A stretch of DNA of 64,000 nucleotides from Heterodontus francisci (taxonomy: Eukaryota): positions 90,325,126 through 90,389,125 of the forward strand of contig NC_090377.1 of NCBI RefSeq assembly GCF_036365525.1. The letters are read 5' to 3'. Position 1 is the first letter of the stretch. The number at the start of each line of letters is the position of its first letter. The notes under the pieces were generated by a model that ran no database searches, was not told the origin of the DNA, and saw nothing but the letters and a program-made list of their open reading frames with translations. Below are positions 38,714 to 51,136 of this stretch, one piece after another. The translations under genes were made by a program, and so were the position numbers.

Positions 38714-39495
38714 TCTTCTTTGGCCTCCTTGTCTCGAGAGACAGTGGGTAAGCGCCCAGAAGTGATCAGTGGTTTGTGAAGCAGAACCTGGAGTGGCTAT
38801 AAAGGCCAATTCTAGAGTGACAGACTCTTCCACAGGCGCTGCAGATAAAATTGGTTGTCAGGGCTGTTACACAGTTAGCTCTCTCCTTGCACTTCTGTCT
38901 TTTTCTCCTGCCAACTGCTAAGTCTCTTCGACTCGCCACTCTTTAGCCCCACCTTTATGGCTGTCCGCCAGCTCTGGCGATCACTGGCAACTGACTCCCA
39001 CGACTTGTGGTCAACGTCACAGGACTTCATGTCGCGTTTTCAGACGTCTTTAAAGCAGAGACATGGATGGCCAGTGGGTCTGATAGCAGTGACGAGCTCG
39101 CTGTACAATGCGTCCTTGGGGATCCTACCATCTTCCATGCGGCTCACATGGCCAAGCCATCTCAAGCGCTGCTGGCTCAGTAGGGTGTATATGCTGGGGA
39201 TGTTGGCCGCCTTGAGGACTTCTGCGTTGGAGATACAGTCTTGCCAAGGATTCTCCGGAGGCAGCGAAAAAGATGGTCTGCTCTTGGCTGACATACGTTG
39301 CCCAGGCCTCTCTGCCGTAGAGCAAGGTACTGAAGACACAGGCTTGAAACACTTGGCCATTTGTGTTCCATGACAGTGCACCATTTTCCCACACCCTCTT
39401 GGCCATTCTGGACATAGCAGCGGACGCCTTTCCCACGTGCTTGTTGATTTCTGCATCTAGAGACAGGTTACTAGTGATAGTTGAGCCTAGGTAGA
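38714..39495 (-). mobile_element. 5'-truncated RTE-clade LINE
   Basis: YLGSTITSNLSLDAEINK and RLRWLGHVSRMEDGRIPK motifs; (GAA)n tail; 13-bp TSD TGAAGTGGCCAGT. Confidence 0.9.
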
Positions 39496-40425
39496 TGAAG
39501 TGGCCAGTAAGCCATTCAATTGTATCAAAGTGCTTGACCAATGAGAGATCGGGAATAAATGCCAGCCTTTGTAGCAACGCTTACATCCCAAGTATGAATA
39601 TTTAAAAAGAGCCATTTCAATTATATCTATGATCTATATATTAAAAATCCTAATCTGCCTAGATTTCTTGACAACTTTTCTATTATAAATTCCAATGCCG
39701 ACATTTATAATGGGAAGTACTATGTAAGCTTGCCATGATATGATTACATTCTCTGGCCGGTAGTTCTGCTGTAGCTCCTCAATTTTGTATCTCGCAGCTT
39801 CTCAGTCTGCAAAAAGAAAGATTTGTATTTATATAGCACTTTTCATGACCTCAAGATGTCCTAAAGTGCTTTGCAATCAATGAAATTCTTTTAGAAGTAT
39901 AGTTATTGTTGTACTGCAGAAACATTCCAAAACTCTAACACTACTTCTCTGCTTCCTAAATTACATTACCTTGCGCTATTTAATTTTAAAAAACAAATCA
40001 AAGTACTATATAAAAATATGGACAGAACATATGGCTTTAAAATGGGGATTGAATTATGTCTCTGTACGCTGACCCAATTACCCTGTCCGCTAACCCTTCT
40101 TAGCTGAAAACAACACTTGACCTTTATTCCCTGTATGCGATGCCACGTACCAGAGATAAACTAGTACATATTAGAAAAACTGGGCTTACTCAGGTCCATT
40201 AGCTAATGTAATTTTTAAAAATGTTTTAACTTTACATTTCAACTAGAAAAATAATCAAATGGTATTTGCTTTTAATATAACCTTGCCAATTGTAAAAACT
40301 TATATATCAATTCAATTTTTGTCATCGTCATGTTCAAGTGAACGTGAGAATTTTTATGTAAAGTTAGAAACTTCATTATTCTAATACCAAATATTTGAAA
40401 CTATATTGATTGTTCATTTATTTAG

Positions 40426-40587
40426 CTTGCCAGGCATTGATTGCCCTGAGTGAGTGCAACAAGGAACAACAAGACAAAATTTGTGCAGAAAATGGAATCC
40501 CACCTTTGGTTCGACTTTTACGAAGCTCTAAAATATCTTTGCATACATTGCTGAGTGCCATCACTGCACTGGGTACTCTGTGCGTTG
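40426..40587 (+). CDS. ANKAR: ANKAR internal exon, ACQALIALSECNKEQQDKICAENGIPPLVRLLRSSKISLHTLLSAITALGTLCV
   Basis: tttag acceptor and gttagt donor; 162 nt, phase 1/1; G|CT joins as Ala; ARM motif NGIPPLVRLL. Confidence 0.9.
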
Positions 40588-41889
40588 GTTAGTATACTCA
40601 ATTATTTGATGCTACTTTAAGACAGAGGAAGAGATATACATATAGGATCTCTGCCGATAGTGTATTTATGAATTCATCTTGCATTGAAAATGACTCTTCC
40701 TTTTTTCACCAGTTTTCTCACCTCCCCGTCTGAAATGCTTTTCTCCGTGCTGGAGTTCTGTTTCATAAGTGCATGGCACTCTGATACTGCACACAAGTAT
40801 CAGACAGTGAGGAGCCTAGACAATGAGGATCTAGCATTACTCAATTTGGAATAAAAGTAGAGTGGTTTTCAAACGTTTAGCAGATACACTAACAAAATCA
40901 TTATAGTATGAGGCATACCTACCTGCTAACTAGAACTAACTAGAATAAATATGAATTTATAAGCAGCAACAAAATAAAAGCATCCCATCATGATACATCT
41001 GCATTAATTACACGTGATTCAGAAGTGGTGAATGATGCTACTTGACTTCTATTGGTTTTTGTAAAAGTGGAGTTTAGTCAGTTTCAGTGGGAAGGCTGTG
41101 TAAGTGCCAGTGGACATTGTTATGAAGAGGAAGAATGTATTTTTGTAATGAGGTGTTACAAACCTGGTTCTGTAACAGATAGATTCTCAGGTTCAGTGGA
41201 GTCCAGTTGCTTTCTTAAATAGTCTGTGCATCATTTGTGAGAGCTGATTCACACTTCCCTATATCTACATGTATGGTAGCATAACCCAGGGATGTAACAA
41301 TAAACAAACTGGACCAGATATCCATGCCTTTTGCACATGCATTTTTTCAATTGCTTTGAATTCAGACCAAGTTATCACTAGATGAGGCAATGTTTAGTTC
41401 AAATCACAAGTCATTTTATTCTACAGAAAGGTGAAACATACAGATCAATAGGTATGATCAGAGTCATTTAGTTCATTCAATATAATTTGGCTTTGTGTAA
41501 TGATGTGCATGGGACACTATCCCACTTTTGCAATGGTCTTACTTAATAATCCCTCTTTATTTCTTCCTGCAGTCCTGAGGTAGAATCCCTGCAGTCCCCT
41601 GCCTTTTGTACATTTTTCTGCCTGATTTTTTGTGAAGTCCTGTTTCCAAAAGTCAGACCACCGTTTGGTGTCTCTTTTAAAAGCCTCAATGCACTGTTAG
41701 AAATTAGACTAACCACTCCTTCACCACCACACATCCACATGCCCCCACCCCATACAGAGTCTAACTTGGCAATGACCCGTGCTAAGTTCAAATCACAGCT
41801 GCAATGAGTGAGTGTGAAAGATTGCTGGAATATCAAACTAACTCTCATTGCCTCCAGGATTCTGGTTTCAGCCTTGATCAGATCTCAGT

Positions 41890-42650
41890 TTAAATACTGG
41901 GCTCAATTTTAGGCACCAAAACCCAGGAAAGATATGTTGGCCTTGGAAGAGGTACAGTACAGGTTCATTAGAATAATATTGGGGCTTAAAAGGTTAAATT
42001 ATGAGGTGAGTTGCTTAAACGTGGCTTCTATTCCCTTGGGTTTAGATAGTTAAGGGATGGGCGAACTGAAGTATTTAAAATGATTAGGGAGTTCAATTGG
42101 GTAGATACAGAAAAACTACTTCCTCTGGAGGGGGACTCCAGAACAAGAGGGCATAATCTGAAAATTATAGCTAGGTCATTAAGGAATGGGCGGAATTAGT
42201 GGGTGGCACAGTGGCGCAGTGGTTAGCACCACAGCCTCACAGCTCCAGGGACCCGGGTTCGATTCTGGGTACTGCCTGTGCGGAGTTTGCAAGTTCTCCC
42301 TGTGTCTGCGTGGGTTTTCGCCGGGTGCTCCGGTTTCCTCCCACATCCAAAGACTTGCAGGTGATGGGTAAATTGGTCATTGTAAATTGCCCAAAGTGTA
42401 GAGAGGTGATAGGGAATATGGGATTACTGTAGAGTTAGTATAAATGGGTGGTTGTTGGTCGGCACAGACTCGGTGGGCCGAAGGGCCTGTTTCAGTGCTG
42501 TATCTCTAAATAAAAATAAATAAAAAAATAAATGAAAATGAGGAAGCACTTTTTCACACAAAATCTGGAACTTGCTCCTCAAAAGGCTGCAGATGCCGGA
42601 TCAATTGAAATTTTCAAGACTGAGATCAATAGGTTTTTGTTAGGTAAGGT
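41890..42650 (+). mobile_element. Old CR1 3' fragment hosting a SINE
   Basis: CR1 C-terminal nucleotide similarity to 10790-11640. Confidence 0.65.
42200..42531 (+). mobile_element. tRNA-derived SINE (HE1/V-SINE-like)
   Basis: A box, B box GGTTCGATTC and A-rich tail; near-identical to 2556-2850. Confidence 0.9.
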
Positions 42651-42659
42651 TTTCAATAA

Positions 42660-45600
42660 TTTTGTAATTTATTCTTGAGATATGAGCATTGCTGGCAAGG
42701 CCAACATTTACTTCCCATCTCTAACTGCGCTTGGGAATGTGGTGGTGAGCCACTGCCATGAACTACTACAGTCCATGTGGTCTAGGTACACCCAAGTGTT
42801 GTTAGGGAGGGAGTTCCTGGATTTTGACCCAGTGACAGTGAAAGAATGATAATATACTTCCAAGTCAGGATAATATGTGATTTGTAGGGGAAATTGTAGG
42901 TGGTGGTATTCCCACGCAACTGCTGCCCTTGTTCTTCTAGGTGGTAGAAGTCACAGGTTCGGAAGGTGCTGTCGAAGGAGCCTTGGCGAATTGCTGCAAT
43001 GCATCTTGTAGATCATGGTTGTCCAACATATGGTCAGAGTCCGGCCCTCTAAATGTTTCCATCCAGTCCGCCGATGTAAACTGCCGGAATGTCAGGAAAC
43101 CACAGCGGGTAGCTCTTGGTTTGTTAGGACCCTGCTCCCACACAATATGGCTGTGCCCAGCGGAGAGGTGGTGTTCACAGCTTGCCTCTATAATATGCGT
43201 TTATGGTGAGTGCACAGTGGGGGAGTGCGGAGCAGGGAGCGAGCAGTGGAGATTGAGGAGTGGGGAGCAGGCGATGGACAGTGAGGAGTGAGAGACTTAC
43301 ACTGAAAGAGGGGGAGGAGAGAGACAGAGAGATGGTGGACTGAGAGAGAGGGGAGAGAGAGAGAGGCAGGAGAGAGAGAGACGGAGGAGGGAGAGAGAGA
43401 GAGAGACATAGAGAGAGGGTGGGAGAGAAAGAGACTGAGAGACGGGGACAGAAGCAGACAGAGAGAGACACACACAGAGAGAGGGGGGAGAAAGAGATCA
43501 AGATCACTCCTGACAGATGGACATCTATCTGGAGTTCTCCACATCACTACATCAAATGTGCAGGCAGATGTTGAGTACTTACATCAGCAAAAATAATGTC
43601 ATGTATGACACTAAATCAGTGTTCAACCTCGTGGTGCGAAAGTAAGAATAAATTAGTTTTCTCATTTAAAGCTTCTTCACAAAAATGCACATTTGTTGTT
43701 TTGATAGTAAGATCATTTTTAATACCTTTATCTTTCTGAAATTTTCTACCAGCCCCCTGTGTAGGACAAAAATTGTAATGTGACGTCCCCCACACAAAAA
43801 GGTTGGACACTCCTGTTGTAGCTGCTACACACTGTTGCCGCTGTGCACTGGTGATGGAGGGAGTGAATGTTTAATGTTGTGGATGGGGTGCTGATCAAGC
43901 GGGCTACTTTGTCCTCGATGATGTCGAGTTTCTTGAGCGTTTTTGGAGCTGTACTCATCCATGCAAGTGGTGAATATTCCATTATACTCCTGACTTGTGC
44001 CTTGTAGATGGTGGACAGGCTTTGGGGAGTCAGGAGGTGAATTACTCCCCACAGAATTCCCAGCCTCTGACCTGCTCTTTTTTTATTCTTTCAGGTGATG
44101 TGGGCATCGTTGGCTAGGCCAGTATTTATTGCCCATCCCTAATTGCCCTTGAGAAGTAGGTGGTGAGCCGTCTTCTTGAACCACTGCAGCCCATGTTGTG
44201 TAGGTACACCCACAATGTTGTTGGGAAGGGAGTTCCAGGATTTTGAGGCAGTGACAGTTAAGGAATGGTTCCAAGTCAGGATGGTGTGAGCTTCGAGGGG
44301 AACTTGCAGGTGATGGTGTTCCCATGTATCTGCTGCCCTTATCCTTCTAGCTGGTAGAGGTCGCAGGTTTGGGAGGAGCTGTCAAAGGAGCCTTGGTGAG
44401 TTGCTGCAGTGCATCTTGTAGATGGCACAGATTGCTGGCACTGTGCGCCGAAGGTGGAGGGAGTGAATGTTGAAGGTGGTAGATGGGGTGCCAGTCAAGC
44501 TGGCTACTTTGTCCTGGATGGTATTGAACTTGTTGAGGGTTGATGGAGCTGCACTCATCCAGGCAAGTCGAGAATATTTCATCACACTCCTGACATGTGC
44601 CTTGTAGATGGTGGAAAGGCTTTGGGGAGTCAGGAAGTGAGTTACTCGCCACAGAATTCTCAACTTCTGACCTGCTGTTGTAGCCACAGTATTTATGTGG
44701 TTGGTCCAGTTCAGTTTCTGGTCAATGGTAACCCCCAGGATGTCAATAGTGCGGGATTCAGCGATGGTAATACCATCGAATGTCAAGGGGAGATGGTTGG
44801 ATTCTCTCTTATTGGAGATGGTCATTGTCTGGCACTTGTGTGACGCGGATGTTACTTGCCACTTATCAGCCCAAGCCTGAGTATTGTCCAGGTCTTGCTG
44901 CATATGGACATGGACTGCTTCAGTATCTGAGGAGTTGCGAATGGTGCTGAACATTGTGCAATCATCAGCGAAATCACCATTTCTGACCTTACGATGGAGG
45001 GAAGGTCATTGATGAAGCAGCTGAGATGGTTGGGCCTAGGACATTATCCTGAGGAACTCCTACAGTGATGTTCTGGGACTGAGATGATTGACCTCCAACA
45101 ACCGCAACCATCTTCCTTTGTGATAGGTATGGCTCCAGCCTGTGGAGAGTTTCCTCTCTGATTCCCAATGACTGCAGTTTTTTTGGGACTTCTTGATGCC
45201 ATACCCAGTCAAATGCTGCCTTGATGTCAAGGGCAATCACCCTCTCACCTCACTCTTGAGTTCTACTCTTTTGTCCATGTTTGAACCAAGGCTGTAATGA
45301 GATCAGGAGCTGAGTGGCCCTGGCAGAACCAAATCTGAGCGCCAGTGAGCAGTTTGTTGCTGAGTAAGTGCCTCTTGATTACACAGATGATGACACCTTC
45401 CATCACGTTGCTGATGATCAAGAGTAAATTGATGGGGCGGTAATTGACCGGGTTGGACTTGTCCTGCTTTTTGTGTACAGGACATACATGGGCAATTTTC
45501 CACATTGTTAGGTAGATGCCAGTGTTGCAGCTGCACTGGAACAGCTTGGATAGCGGCTAGCTAGTTCTGGAGCACAAGTCTTCGGTACTATTGCCAAAAT

Positions 45601-46232
45601 GTTGTCAGGACCCATAGCCTTTGCAGTTTCCAGTGCCTTCAGCCATTTCTTGATATCACATGGAGTAAATTGAATTGGCTGAAGACTGACGTCTATGATG
45701 CTGGAGACCTCAGGAGGAGGCCAAGATGGATCATCTTCACAGCACTTAAGCTGAAAATGATTACAAATGCTTCAGCCTTGCCTTTTACAATTTTGGCACA
45801 TGCCCCCAGAAGTTAGTCAGCAGGATTTTGCAGCGTCAACAGAGCTGACTGTGTTGTTATTGTTTCCAGTGCCTAGGTCGATGCCAAGTGGCCTGTCTGG
45901 TTTCATTCTTTTTAGACTTTTCTCTAGTGGTTTGGTACAACTGAATGGCTTGCTGGGCCATTTCAAGGGCATTTAAGAGTCAACTACGTTGCTGATGGTC
46001 TGGAGTCACATGTAGGCCAGACCAGGTAACGACAGCAGGTTTCCTTCCCTAAAGGGAACCAGATGGATTTACAACAATCGACAATGGTTTCATGGTCACC
46101 ATTACTGAGATGAGCTTTTTAAAAAATGTTTAAATTCCACCAGCTGTCATGGTGGGATTTGAACCCATGTCCCCAGAGCATTAGCCAGGCCCTCTGAATT
46201 GCTGGTTTAGTGGCATTACCACCACCTCCCTA
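42660..46232 (-). mobile_element. Two tandem copies of the tRNA-headed LINE family (42660-44077 fragment; 44078-46232 with head and internal deletion)
   Basis: ORFs 44382..44954, 44989..45240 and 45263..45505 (RT motifs); B box GGTTCAAATCCC at ~46154-46165. Confidence 0.85.
43014..43815 (+). mobile_element. hAT (Charlie-like) non-autonomous element
   Basis: TIRs CATGGTTGTCCAAC / GTTGGACACTCCTG; 8-bp TSD TTGTAG(A/C)T; GA tract and transposase C-terminal remnant. Confidence 0.82.
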
Positions 46233-48476
46233 CAATAGATACAGTATTTATAGATGGCTGGTCCAGTTAAGTTTCTGGTTATTGGTAACCCCAGGATATT
46301 GATGGTGGAAGATTCAGCAATGGTAATACTGTTGAATGTCAAGGGGAGATGATTAGATTCTCTTTTGTTGGATGTTAATTGTGTATCAATTGTTAAATTA
46401 TTACAGGTGGAGGGCGTTTTTTGGGGTCCTGCTTGAGCACTTATAAAGAGACACTTACTGAGACTAGTGGAGGTTTGAGTAAGGAGCTCCTTGTTTGTAA
46501 TACTTTTACTCTGTGCAATAAATGTGAAACTGAGTAAAGATAGGCTCCAGCATTATCATTCCACAACAAGCTTTCTGGAGTTTAACATGGTAGCAGAGGA
46601 TTGTTGCTTAAAGCTGAGGGTTGGAAACTAAGAATTTTTTTTTACATAGAAAACTAAAATCTCACTTGCTATTGTGGAAAATGTGGCAGAAAGCAAGTGT
46701 AAATTGTCAGGGTATGATTGCCATCCAATGTTCTGAGTCTGAAACATATGACCAGTGGAAGAATTAAGTGGATATGTGGTCACGGATTACGTCCCTACCA
46801 AAAAGGACACAAGGTATGGCCTTGGCGTTGTCACTTCCTACCAAAAGTAAAATCAGCAGTTAAGTGTTTTGTGAACTGGGTGCTTGTCAGTTTGATACTA
46901 ATGAAGATTTGAATCTTCTGTTAGAATTTTTGGTTGAATTTTACAAGAAAAATGACCTATTAAATGTATATGAGGCATGATAGATTTCAGAAAACAGATG
47001 GTTATTTAATGGAGGAATATGTCATGGACTTTAACAGACTGTATAGAAAATTGATAAAATTCAATTTGGAGTTTATCGTTGCTTCAGGTGTGACTCAAAG
47101 TATCATGATGCAATGCACTGCCCAAAGCGGATGGGCAGAATCCTTGAAAAACACATCACTCAGAGAATTCTGAAGCAAAAGAGGAAGATACTGATGAATC
47201 TGAATGAATTATATATATAGTCACAAGGAGTTTTAGTCCTTTGATGAATGTGTTTGTTGCGGATTCATTCAACTGTACTGTATTAGCTAGTGCTTGCACA
47301 TTGACAGTATGTGGAACTGATTGGTTACATTGTTCTCTGGATTCACTCAGTAGTGAAGATCAATGCAAGGTTAAGAAGTATAAAAGTCCTACCAGCTTTA
47401 AGTTTGGTGATGACAACACATTGAAGTCACTAAAGAGAGTAGTAATTCCATGTAAAATAGCTGGAGTAAGCCACTTTATCAGTACTGATTTAGTCTCTAG
47501 TGAGATACTTTTACTGTTAAGTAAACCTTCAATGAAAAAGGCACAAATGAAACTTGATATGGAGTGTTTTAAGGCTTTTGTTTTTGGAAAGTCAGTGAAT
47601 TTGCAGTTTACCTAGTCAGGGCATTATTGTATCCCCTTAACAAAATCTGATGTTTCTAGTCAGAGTGTGAAAGAAGTATTAATTGCATCAGGTGATAAGA
47701 ATCAGAGGGATAAAAAGCAAATTATCTTAAAGTTACACAGACAATTTGCTCATCCTTCTTGTCAAAGATTAAAAACCCTGCTAAAGGATGTAGGTGTGAT
47801 TGATGGAGTCTACGAGGCTATTAGAACAGATTAGTGAACAGTGTGAAACCTGTAAAAGGTACCGGAGGATGCCATCCACTGGCACGTGACTTTAACGAGG
47901 TAGTTGCCATGGATTTAAAGAACACGAGGAAAAGACAAGAATATTTTCATTATACATTTTATAGACCTAGCAACTAGATTTAGTCTTTCTACAAGAATAA
48001 ATAGCAAGGACAAAAGGATGATTATAGATAAAACCATGCAGAAATGGATAGGGACTGGATTTGGGGCACCAGCTATGTTTCTGACTGATAATGGAGGGGA
48101 GTTTGCCAATGACAAGTTCAGAACATTATGGATATGAATACTGCAGCTGAAAGTCCTTATGAAAGGAATTATGCAGTGATTGATTAAATGTTGCATAAAA
48201 TCTTAGCTGATCAACCAAACTGCAAGTTGACAACTGCCCTGGCATGGGCAGTTCATGCAAAGATTTAGCTTCATTTGGTTGGGGGATATAGTCCCTATCA
48301 ATTGGTCTATGGGCAGAATCCCAAATTGCCTTCTGTACTGTGTGACAGTCCTCCTGCTCCAGAAGGTACGACAATTAGTTCCATTTTTTCAGCAGATTTG
48401 AATGTGTTACATCCAAAGAGATGGGCTTTCATCAAGGCTGAGGTCTCTGAGGCATCATATAAGGCCATCTGAGGCA

Positions 48477-50088
48477 TGTTATGAAAGTGCTTCTTTTTTT
48501 CTGAGGACTCAAATTTTAGAATTATGGACATTGGTTAATTTGGAAAACTGAAAAGATTCCATGGATGTGTTTTTTTTTTACAAGGGTTTTGTTTGAAAAC
48601 AAATCTTTACTAGATGTCACATACCTTAAGCTAAATAAACAACAGTAGCCTTGTTGACTCAGGAGAGTTATTTACAAGAGAAGTGACATGTCAAGATTTA
48701 AGGTGCTCAAGAGTTGGTTGCACTTTTGGGATATTGGGCTGAATTTTACTCTGCCCCAGCGGGTCAGATGGTAGCATGGGGGCGGCATAAAATTGACCGG
48801 GAGACTCCGGGAGGCTTCCCGCCCTGCTCCCGCCTCTGGCCAACTTTATGGCAGTCGAGCGGGGGTGGGGGGGAGGGAAATGGCCTGCCCGCCTGAGGCC
48901 AATCAAGGCCCTTAAGTGGCCACTTAACGGCCACTTAAGGGCCCTCACCCACTTCCACTGATATTTTACCCATGGTAAGTGGGTGTGCTGGGGATGTGAA
49001 AGGCCGCCCAGTGATAGCTGCCGGCCTTTCCGCGAGCCGGTGGGGTGCCATGGCAGTCGGGCACAGGGTGCCCGATTGAGGACCACCCCCGCCTCCCAAC
49101 CCATCCCCAGGACCCAAGACACCACCCCCCACCCCAAACGAACACCCTAGCCTCACCAGGGCACGCCCAATCCCCCTGGTGAGGCATGCCCAACTTATCT
49201 TCACTCATGGCTCCATGTGGTCGGCTGGGCTGCCGTCCCACCAATGGCCACCGCTCCTGGTGATGCTGCTGGGACTAAGAGGCGGGACTTCCTCCCTCAA
49301 GCGGGTGGTAGACCCGCCTCGGGACAATTAAAGCCCGGGGACCCGTAGAATGTGGCGGAAGCGGGTTTGCCACCGAATTTTCCGTCGGTGGTGAATTCCC
49401 TTCTGCCTAAGGTAAAATCCAGCCCATTGTTTTGGTTCATTTGGAGTGTGGACTGTTTTGATGGGTTTGTAGCTTGCTGAAAGAAACACCCAACTGAGCT
49501 TTCCTCCACCTCTCTAACAGACCCTGAAAAATCCATTGTGTGAGAGCTAAAACCCCTGATGCCTCATTTCTCCTCAGAAGCTCCTGGAAAGCCTGCCAGA
49601 TTAATTCTCGACACTGCCTGAAAAAAACTGCTCCAGAAAAGATTGCAGTGACCCATCTACGTGTATTCAGATGCCAGACCGTATGCCATTTGGAACACAA
49701 CATAGCTTATCTTTTTTCTTCAAGAACTAACAAGTATTTGGCCAAAGTATTCTCTTTTGTCTTTTTTTTTGTAAAAGACCTCTGCAGAGAATTTTTTGTG
49801 TGTGTGCATGTGTGTTGGGTTTCTAGAAGGGAATATCTATATACTTTCATATTTCAATCTGTGTGTTAATGCTTTGCATCTTTGCTGGATAAGTCTTTTT
49901 TAAAATAAATTAATAATTTTGTTGTTTATTAAAGAAACCTGGTTGGTCAATTTTCTTCTGAAACTAAAATAGATAAAGTATATAATTGGCCATATCGGTA
50001 ACTGGTAAAATATTTACATATATGGTATGACCCATGGAGAAGTGGGACTAGAGAAAAACAGCGCACTCCTCCTGCCTCGGGCGTAACA
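48477..50088 (+). mobile_element. Solo LTR of the Gmr1-type family, with a MITE inside
   Basis: TGTTATGAAAGTGCTTC...CGTAACA; both ends are the reverse complement of LTR 19989-21021. Confidence 0.82.
48736..49425. mobile_element. PIF/Harbinger-type MITE
   Basis: TIRs GGGCTGAATTTTAC / GTAAAATCCAGCCC, 3-bp TSD ATT. Confidence 0.85.
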
Positions 50089-50290
50089 ATCAGAATTTAA
50101 TTCAGAAGGTTTGATGTCTAATAAAATAGAGGGTCATAGTGAATAGAAGGACCCTGGTAAGGTAATAGGTTGTGATGGTAATCAAATTTTGAATGTTCAT
50201 TCCTCGTGATTAATCAGGGTTGATTACAAAATCTTAGAATCTGAGCAGCTGATAGAGGGAGACAAGACACCTTGTACCTCAAATGAACAT

Positions 50291-51136
50291 GGTCTAGGTT
50301 TTACCAGCCCCTCGATGCCATGGGTCACGGCGGGAGGGCCCCTGGACAATTCTGCAGGGAGAGGCCCGCCTCAACCACCGACGTCAAGAAGGGCCTGCCG
50401 CATATTACCACTGGCAGGGGGACCTCGGTGCGGCCTCCCCACCTTTGCGCTTGGCGACGGGGCCTTCATCTAAATCATTAAATTAACAAAAATTAGATGT
50501 AAATGAACTTACCTGCTGGTGGCGGCCGACCCACGCCGATTTTACGGCCACCGACCGCACCTCGTACGCCTTCGGAACTCCATATGGAGTTCCGAGGCGG
50601 GAACCTGGTTGTGGGGGGGGGGGGGGGGGCGGGGGAGGGGAGGAATAAAATTTTCAGGCCGGTGAGGTGGTGGGAGTGCAGGGAAAACAATTTTTATTGG
50701 CTGTAGGGATGGTGGGAAGGGGTTGAGGGTGAAAGGGAACAGATTTTTGGGGGGAAAGTGTGGGATATCAATAACAGTTTATTATGGGGCGAGAGGAAAA
50801 TTTATATATATAAATTACCTATTGGAGGGTGGGAGACAGAATTTACAGTTGAAATAAACTTTTATTTTTATTTCCCGGAGACCGGGATCTTTAACTATTA
50901 AAATGCTACTGAAGGGCTTGAAGCCCTTTAAAAATGGTGCAGGCACCTGCGCAGTGGGGCCGGATGCTGTTGCCAGGGAGGTGGTGGCTGCCCCCTCTAT
51001 GTCATTGGGGCCCCTCTCTTTAAATGAGCCCCCGCGCGTAACATTGTGGGGGCCCGGCAGCGGCACTTCCGTGTCAGAAGGCTGCTGAGTTCAAAGTGCG
51101 TCGCCGCGGAGTACGGCCGCTAAGAAAATCCAGCCC
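50291..51136. mobile_element. PIF/Harbinger-type MITE, same family as 725-1499 (inverted)
   Basis: TSD CAT; TIR ..AAAATCCAGCCC; shared internal block AAGGGCTTGAAGCCCTTTAAAAATGG. Confidence 0.82.

Noticed and set aside
42200-42275. tRNA gene candidates (also 263, 2556, 19900, 46160)
   Set aside because: A/B boxes are SINE/LINE heads continuous with repeat bodies; no full cloverleaf seen
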